From: Chrysomallon squamiferum
Lineage: Eukaryota > Animalia > Mollusca
DNA length: 64,000 nt
Assembly: GCA_012295275.1 (NCBI GenBank)
Contig: CM022677.1
Coordinates: 5,146,001 to 5,210,000, forward strand
Direction: 5' to 3'
Under the pieces are notes generated by a model. It was given only the letters and a program-made list of their open reading frames with translations. It ran no database searches and was not told the DNA's origin. Numbering within the stretch: position 1 is the stretch's first letter; every line of letters starts with the position of its first letter. Made by a program: the position numbers and the translations under genes. Shown here piece by piece: positions 54,992 to 64,000 of the stretch.

Positions 54992-56024
54992 TGTGGTATG
55001 TTATTATTGAAAAATGTTTATAAAAAGAATCTCTATGATCTATCTGTTAATTGTATAGAAATAAAGAATAGATTCTTTTGGCCCATATTCTTACTTTATT
55101 TAGACATTAATAAATTAGTCTAAAGTTTACTGTTATACACTCATACACACAGTCACAGACGCACATACGTAGATGTATGTTCTGTTGCCTACACCATAAA
55201 GTGTTACTATGGTGTGTGTGAGAGAGAGAGGATGCTTGTATTTATTTAGTATTTTTTATTTGTTTATTGTTTGTTGTTTTGGGTTTTTTTTGTATATTTT
55301 TAATGAACCATGAAGTATGATTTATATATACATATATCACAGTATATGTAGATCTATTATCTGTGTTTGTTCTTACATACATTATTTATTTATATAAATA
55401 TATGAAAGTATGTGTACTATATAGTAAAAATACTTTCATGTACCTACTTCAATGCTCAGTCTTTTCAGCTTATAGACTCCTTTCTTTATTCATAGAATAA
55501 AAACATTTACCATGTTTATTAACCATTTCACACATATATAATAATAGACATGTCATTATAAGTGTAATTCTAAACTTAATGTCTACTATTATATACACAT
55601 GCAGTTTTAAATTTTTGTATGTAATCTTTCATAAACTTTTAACAGATAATTTAGTGTTAAAACAAATTCCAAAAGAACCAAAATGTATACAGTAAATTAC
55701 TATTATTATTATGTAATTCAAAATTAATATGATCCACATATTTTAAAACTTTCACATTTTCTTGACACAAGAAGTAAACTGGTTCTGGCTGGAGTGGGCT
55801 GTTTGGAATGTGAAACTGAACAAGACAGCTTTTTCTTAAAAATAAAAATGAAAACAAAATTTAAAATAACAAACAAAATTAATCAATATAAAATCAATTA
55901 ATCTAAGAATTAATACAATAGCCTTAAAATTATATTTACTCCTTTAAATATGTTTCAGAACAGATTCCAGTAAATATCACTTAATCTGTGCGAAAAATTA
56001 CACATTATTCAAATGAATTCTTAC

Positions 56025-56303
56025 CCTGTGCAGTAGCAGTCTTTGATACTCCCTCCAAAGTGAAGGTTTAGTCTCACATGTAGACAGTATTTTCAAATTG
56101 CTCCCTTTGAATCCTGCAACTGACTCAGACAAAATTAGTCATAATCTTGAGGAAAACACTGCCGAAATTGAACTATCCTTTCTCTGTCTTCGCATGTAAA
56201 AGTGTGTGAATTAATTTTCTTCTGCCAGATTTCTTTTCTCTCTTGGAATTACCATTTAGTCTGCAATGCTTCAACAAAGTTGTAAGTTTGTTCTGACTAA
56301 TGC
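56025..56303 (-). pseudogene. Degenerate exon-like segment, Cys-containing, unidentified
   Basis: Bounded by ttgtttacag| and gg|gtaaga; reads TCEDRE..QCFPQDYD*FC...KDCYCTG with stops. Confidence 0.35.
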
Positions 56304-56570
56304 TGTAAACAAACAATAAAAATATATAAGCAGACACCGGTAACCACACACTCACACATGCACAAGAAATAAAAATTAAAGCAACGTGAAATGAAGACAA
56401 TAAGTAAAGTTTAGCGTGTGACAAAAACAAGAAAAACAATGACTTTGCTCTACAAAATATGAAGGCAATCAACTTTTCTTTTTAGTATTTTTTGTCTTAT
56501 TTTTGTTTTTATATTTATTTATTTAAATTTTTATTTTTTTTATTCTGGGTAAGTAACCCTTCTGGAATTG

Positions 56571-56800
56571 AAAAGGAAAAACAGTAGCAAATACAAGGTT
56601 ATAGAGTTATCTCCCATGATAACTTGTTCCGTTAACCAACCGATACTTCTTTAACTTAACGGTCTCAGTTCGTTCGGTTTGTTGGCTGTCGTCACTCTAG
56701 CTAATTAATGCTTGAATAGAAAAGGAAAAACAATAGCAAGCACTTCCTTATAGAGTTATCTAGTATGATAACTTGCTCCGTTAACCAACCGATAATTATT
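56571..56800. repeat. 149-bp-period tandem pair carrying the agagttatct motif
   Basis: aaaaggaaaaaca.tagcaa...ttatagagttatct...tgataacttg.tccgttaaccaaccgata twice. Confidence 0.8.
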
Positions 56801-57469
56801 TAACGTATGATTTCACTTTAGCATTAGTGTTTATAAATAGATGTCGGCAAATAAGGTAAGTCGATACCTCCAACTTATGGGACTATGGTCAATCCTTTTA
56901 TGTGAAATAAATATTTGCGATAAAATTAGTAATATCTTTTTGGGCGATTAACCCAAATTGTTTTGGTGACATTGCTACTGGGCATTTCGAGCCCTGGATT
57001 AGCATGGACCAATGATTTTTAAAAAAAGATTAAAATAGGAAACATAATTTGCATACATGCCTTAGAAGTTGAATGCTTTTGGTTTTAACGAAAAAGAGTG
57101 AAAACTTAATTTGTAACTAATTGTTTTTATACGGCCTGTTGACGGACCTTTAATTTGTTTTTGTATTTTATTTTTGTATTTCTTATTTTCTGTTGTAAAA
57201 CTTATAATGAATGTATCAAGCGTTATAATGAATGTATCAAGGCAATCATTCAAATAACACGTGATCAATTTGCTTTTTACATGTAATACGACCTTTAATG
57301 CATTATAAATGGGACTAATAATTATCAACAAATAAAAATGAATTATAATGGTTTCAAGTATCGTTTTACAACTACGTACTCAGAACAGTCCGCTATGGAG
57401 TTTTAGCAGAGTAACGTGTCCACATTATGGTACCTAATGAGAACAGTCATGTTCATATTCACGCGCCAG

Positions 57470-57519
<50 letters not shown>

Positions 57520-57619
57520 TGTGTTTGCCCTCCATGTTATTATTATTTCTGTCTTTTTGTCTATTATAAAGCAAAATAAGAAAGAAAAAATAACAATATT
57601 CACACACACCCAAACACAC

Positions 57620-57652
<33 letters not shown>

Positions 57653-57833
57653 TTTAGCAAATTTTTATTGAAAACATGCTTATCTTTTACAGAATGTTTG
57701 TGAATTGTGGTTTGTTCTGGAACAATATCTTGTAGTCATTATGATCAGTTAGTCAAATGAAAAGAAATATCTATTTATTTTCTATCAGTTTTTAATTCCA
57801 ACCCCCACATATAAATGAATAATATTTTTTAAA

Positions 57834-57890
<57 letters not shown>

Positions 57891-57942
57891 TGAACCAAAG
57901 TATAATTAAACAAGATAATCCTAATCTCTTTTTATAACCACG

Positions 57943-58016
<74 letters not shown>

Positions 58017-58559
58017 AATGAAAACCCAAATTAAAATTCACATTTTAATTTTTCATATATTCAATATAAAGAAATATTTTGCTTAAAATGCTTATAGCTG
58101 CACGAGTTGTGAAGAAAACAGATAAATAATTTAACACATTTATGAAGGACAAGGAACATTAGCTGAACAAGACTTGGTAATTCTGTTATTACTGGTGATT
58201 TGGTTCCACATCTGCCCACTGCCTACACGTGTCAGTGAACAAAGACCAATCTGTTTATAATCAGTCCATGATGCCCATATTTAACACGACATGATTGAGG
58301 CTCTGTTTGTATCTGTGGAGATTTATCAGCCTTTCTTATTCTCAAGAATATGTTTCTGTTTTATTTTTTTCTGCTTCAGACTGAGGACCATTTATTACCG
58401 CATGAGATGTAAGTATATCCTGACAATGCCCCCCCCCTGTTTGCTATTGATGTGTCTGGTTTCAGTAGCTGGTGAAAGTGAACAACGTCCTGTTCGTTTA
58501 GCTGTAACGTTATTGGATACTCTCGATATCGTTGTCATTGTTACAAATTCTGATGCTGC

Positions 58560-59338
58560 ATGTTGTTTCGCTTTTTATAAACTATTGTACTGTGCGCGCC
58601 CTATATTAAAATAATATTATTATTATTACTATTGCTGTCGCCGTCGTTGGCGTCGTGTCTGCGTTGTCCTGCACGATATTCTTGTCTTTGTCATCATTCT
58701 TTTGAGGTTTTTATTAACTGCTGTCCTTAATTTCTTAGTATGTAGATCCTATTTCAAAATATATTATTGCTATTTGTATTGTATTCATGTTGACGTCGTT
58801 ACCGTCGTACCTGCGTTGTTCTTAACGTGATTGGTGTAGTTTAATTATTGTGTTGTCTTTTCATTAACTATTAATATCCCTTGTTTAGTGTGCGCTTCCT
58901 GCATTACAGTATATTATTATTACCAGAACTGTTAAAATGTACTATTACTTTGTGTTCTGTTAATGACGATGTCATTGCCGTCGTGGCTGCATTGTTCTTA
59001 ACGTTTTTGGTTTACTTCTTTTTATCCTGTGCATGTTAATAACGTTGTTAAACTTTCATATTTTATTATAGTCGCCGTAGCTGGAGTCGTGTAGGAGTTG
59101 TTCTTCGCGCTTTTGGAGTAGTTTTAATTATTCTGTTCCGCTTCTTATTAAGTGTTATCCTCACTTTGTTAGTGTGCGCATCCCACATTAAAATATATTA
59201 TTATTGTTTCTATTAATGTCGCCGAGGTGCATTGTCCATAACAATTTTGAACTACTTCTCGTTATTTTGTTGCGCTTTTTATTAACTATTGTTCTTACTT
59301 TCGTAGTGTGCGCACCCAATATTAAAATATATTATTAC

Positions 59339-59399
<61 letters not shown>

Positions 59400-59480
59400 G
59401 TCGCCATCACTGGAGTCGTGCCTGCGTTGTACTCCTAGTTATGTTGCCTTTTTCAGTAACTGTTATTTTTACTTTCATAG
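58560..59480 (-). repeat. ~150-bp degenerate satellite array, inverted relative to 61325-62120
   Basis: gtcattgccgtcgtggctgcattgttcttaacgt (58971-59004) is the reverse complement of acgttaagaacaat....acgacggcaatgac (62004-62038). Confidence 0.8.
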
Positions 59481-60579
59481 TGTTAAAATGTTTCAGACAA
59501 TACCTTCCTTTTATGACTGTCTGCTGATATTCATCATCAAGGAAAGATAACTCTCTCTTTAGATAGTTTCATCTCAGAATTACATATTTTCCTTTTACAT
59601 ACATGTATGTGATTCAGCATGGCTTGGGTAATATTCTAGTGAGTGTTTGATGACTAAATGCATATATTTACTTCACACACAGCCTTTTTTTTTTTTTACG
59701 TGTTCAGAACGATTACTAAACCAAAAAATAAAATAAATCACGGCCGTTTATATGACAAAATAAAAATAAATAAATAAATAAATAAATAAGAAAGAAAAAC
59801 TCCTTCAACTAACATCGTGGCTGTTTATATGAAAAAACTGAGATGGAGCGAAATTTTTTAATGTTTGTTATGAATTCATCAAACCTAATCAAAAATAATT
59901 CTCTGTCTTAGAAAAATGGAATATTTTATTATAAACGACATTAACGTTATGAATGATTTTGTGAAATTAACGTAAAACAGAAGCGTAAAATCTTCGCTCC
60001 ACATCTAAATACAAATATGTTCTTCAGACAACGCCGTGCACATTTTCAATGAAAAATACGATTCCTTCAGTAATGTTATTAGCTAAACAACACAGTACAT
60101 TGAAACACACACACACACACACACACTATATATATATTTTATTTTTCCCCCAATGTCCTTTACATTGTATACTGAAAAATCAATTTTTATATATCTTATT
60201 TTTTATTATTTTCCCCAATGTCCTTTACATTGTATACTGAAAAATCAATTTTTATATACACTCTCAGAACAGTTCTAATGAAATTAAGGTTATTTATCAA
60301 ATTAGTAATTAAAAATATATCGTCAGATTAATTTTAAAAAAATAAAATAATAATAAGAGAATAGCGTCAGAAAAATAAAATAATAATAAAGAAGAGAGAA
60401 GGCGCGATATTAAGGTGTTATTATTGTTGTCATTCTTCTATTATTGACAAATATAATGCTTGTTATATTGATAATTACTGGTGGAGCGGTTATACTAATA
60501 TCTAATGTAGTAAGAGAACTTCAGGTATAATAAGAAATATAAAATATATTACACTATACAACTTGCGCTGATGTACACC

Positions 60580-61037
60580 TTGAATGTAATGAATAATCAA
60601 AATTTCGCACACTCAGTTATCGTAATAAAACATGTTAACCTTGTTTGTTCTCAGCTAATCACTACAAACTGTCGTGATTCCAGGGAAATAACTCTGAGAT
60701 GTTTAAATGTAAACTGTACGATATTAACAAAATCTGACATTAACATTTCTTAACATACTTAACAGTAAAAATGACCGCTCAACTAGCAATTGATTCTCAC
60801 CTTTTTCTTTTTACACGTAATTAACCCGCTTATTTTCATTAATCCATGTAAAATTATCATTTATGATTGTCAGTAATATCTAACAGATTATCTGTGATTA
60901 TAAATATTTTGTATAGTGTAAATAACATTTAAGTTCGACGTAAAGTAAAATTACATGCTATTAGTACGATTTAGAATTAGTAAAATTATCACATTACTTT
61001 TACTAAAACAACGTTTCGTATCTGAATCTCAAGTTAT

Positions 61038-61089
<52 letters not shown>

Positions 61090-62120
61090 TGTTCTTTTTC
61101 CTGTATAATCTCTAATATTGTTAATTAAAAAACAATATGCGCTGTATTTTCCAAAACAATGTGTTAGTATTACCGCTACACGTCTGTTAAGAAACTAATG
61201 ACGTCTAATACAGATAGTGATGACTGCGTTAAAACTGCAAGTGTTATTTTCATGACGCCGTGTCAAGTATCTGTGTGTGTCTCTGTGTCTGCTGAACATT
61301 AATCTTACCTTTCAGCAACTTCTTTTCAGTGATCCATTTCCCCATCCACGCAATAATCAGGTGTACATCAAGACGCTAAGAACAATACTGGAACAACGGC
61401 AATGACGACCTCATTAATAGATATAGTAATGATATTTTTTTATGTTGGATGTGGAGACTAATTGCAATACTAAATAAAAGGCAAAATAATAAGGTTAAGG
61501 ACACCCAGAACGTTGAAAGCAACGCCGTTACGACGTTAATGATGACGAATTAATAAATGTAATAATAATATATTTTAATATAGGACGGGCCGGGTCAGAA
61601 AATATAAATAACTGCGAATAAAAAAGCTAAAAGGAATGATCAGGAGTGCACCAATAACTTTAGGAACGGCGTTCGTTCCATGTCAACGACGGCGACATTA
61701 ATAGAAATCACAATAACATGTTTCAATAGCTGATTAGCCCGCTCAGAAAGTATGAGAAATGATTAATAAAAAAAATGCTAAAGAATAATGAGAAGGACTC
61801 TACGATATTGATAGAATGGTAATAATACATTTTAGTATAAGATTTGAACACTAAAAAAAGTATCAATAATAGTTAATAAAAATGAAAACGATGCCGTTAC
61901 GACGGTAGCGACGGCGACCTTAATATAAATACAGGAGGCGCACGGCCACAAAATAAGAGAACAGCGAATAAAAAGCGAAAAAGAATAACGAGATGTACAC
62001 CAAGACGTTAAGAACAATACTGGAACGACGGCAATGACGTCCTCATTAATAGAAAGAGTAATGATATTTTTTAACGTAGGATGTGGACACGAATTGCCAT
62101 ACTTAATAAAAGGGAAAAGA
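60580..62120 (+). repeat. Duplicate block plus satellite array, paralogous to 19330-21750
   Basis: Same matches as listed for 19330-19960 and 21295-21750. Confidence 0.85.
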
Positions 62121-63290
62121 ATACTTTTTATTTTTTTTAGAACAGATGTTTTCAGATGTATTGGTAAGTTCCTGGACAATAATAAGCAACTTATTCTAGT
62201 GTGAGTTGTAAGCTTTGTGGTTTTATTTGGTGCATTAATATAAAGTATAAGAATAAAGAAAAACTAGGTTAAAAAAAAAATAACAACACCGTTTATTTGA
62301 AGTTTACGGTGAACGATTGGCTAATAATAAAAAAATAAATAAAGAAAGAAATAAAGAAATAAAAAAAGAACCACATCGATTTATAATTAGTATATTTTAA
62401 TCAATTATTTTATTTTATTTGTTTTGAACATTAATTTAATATCTTTTTTTATTTTTTATTTTTTTAGTATCTTATTTGCGGAAAAATGCGGGATGATTTC
62501 GGTCTTTGCGGATTTACTTTCTTGTTGGATGTTCGAAGAATAGTCTACAGAATTGGGATAATCGCATTATCATACAACAAAAAAGTTGCTTAATGTATTT
62601 CATTTTGTGAAGGAGACAGGTATTACTATTTATTATTATAGTTGTTAATGTGTTTGGATATTTTTCGTTTTATTTAATTATAATTTAAAAGTCATACACG
62701 TGATGGCAGCCATCTTATTTTGGAATAATATTTATTTATTTTTTTATTTATTTATTTTTGTTGTTGAAAATAACGACACTCGATTAATAATAAAATTCAC
62801 CAGTGGTTGTACTAATGTGAACAGCATAAACAACGTCATATAAATAAGAAATCATGTTTAGTTATTACTTTTGTTTTACCAATCACTATCGGGGACTATG
62901 ATATATCGGGGACAAATTTTGTGTGACCAGTAATTATTCATGCTCTATACATTATTAAGCATATTTAATTGATTTTTTAAACATATTAAAGGTTATAATG
63001 GGTGGGGCCATAAATGCTTTCATTATTTAAGCTAAATAACTGTATAGCTCTGTTAACAATAAAAACAAATAAAGATAAATACAAATTTAAGAAAAATATG
63101 ACCAGGTTATTTCATATGTAGACACTGTAAAGTATTAATAAAATTATTTTGTTATCTTCTTATTATTAGTACTACTTTTTGTTATTATTATGTTTTAATT
63201 TTTATTATTTATTTTTTTAATCTTTATTATTATTATTCATTTTCTTTTTCTTATCATTACTAATATTTGTTTACTTGGGATGTTTTCCAG

Positions 63291-64000
63291 GACATCTGGA
63301 GAAAATGTTCCAAATGAATTTAAAGAATTTTTCTATGAAAAATCAGATGTGACTGAAACATTTTATAAATTTCTCATCCAGCTACACAATCATTGACCAG
63401 AACCACACTGTAGAGTGCAAGTGCTGCTGGAATCCTATAATATGGATATATCAATGGTTTATAATTCAGCATAGACAGGAACAAGAAGGAAAGGGCAGAG
63501 CACCACTGTTGTTTACCATTAACATTAAATATTTTATGTATGTCATTGCAATATTATTCAAGTGCTGTTTAGAAAGGGAATTTACATTATGGAGAAAGAT
63601 GAATCAGCTGTACAAACACTGAGACTGCACAATTGCAAGTTGTGCGTTTTTTACCTTATTTTTATTTCTTAGCAAGTAAAATAAGTTTTATAGTAACAAC
63701 TTTTTACTGATTGTAAAATAGCATAATAATAATCATTTATTTGCTATTATTTTGTTAATTATTTAAATTATTACCATTATCAGCATTATCATTATAATGA
63801 TTATACAAAGTAGATCAAAAATATCCCACACCCCTTTGTGTCTGAATAATCCAGTAACTGGTACCAGTACAATTTAAATTTTAATAATAATAGAAACAAT
63901 ATTTATTTATAACACTTTATTATTTTTATTTTCAGAATGCACATTACAGCTCTAATTGATGTGCTGGTGTTGGCTAGTGAAGTTGTTTCAGTAGAAGGTG
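63291..64000 (+). pseudogene. Degenerate Ig-like domain exons (63291-~63641 and 63936-end)
   Basis: Acceptors ttttccag| and ttttcag|; frameshifted reading TVEC/SAAG/NPIIWI...LFTINIK..YVCHCN...TETAQLQV, then DVLVLASEVVSVE, suggestive of I-set domains. Confidence 0.4.

Noticed and set aside
58140-58560. Higher-GC stretch and 107-aa ORF
   Set aside because: No recognisable domain in any frame

Overview
Very AT-rich, microsatellite-laden eukaryotic (invertebrate, probably lophotrochozoan/mollusc-like) genomic DNA with spliceosomal introns and two 200-N scaffold gaps. I can support only one intact protein gene: a two-coding-exon TRIM-like E3 ligase (C3HC4 RING, coiled coil, NHL-like beta-propeller, no B-box) at 7739-9617. 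A disrupted paralog lies at 42008-43964; the two differ mainly in predicted propeller loops. The rest is a collection of intron-retaining pseudogene pieces: an RI-type LRR gene (+, ~23.7-37.3 kb), an EGFR-family receptor kinase (-, ~49.0-52.3 kb), and probable Ig-like and unidentified exons. Mobile-element relics include Tc1, I/Jockey-group LINEs, and a nested LINE > piggyBac > Ginger2/KRBA2-like stack. There are also several minisatellites, an inverted pair of ~150-bp satellite arrays, a perfect 129-bp palindrome and a duplicated, partly inverted TRIM promoter region. All calls come from reading motifs by eye, with no database searches; non-exon boundaries are approximate. I found no clear wholly new system; the strongest candidate is a diversifying, B-box-less RING-NHL family.
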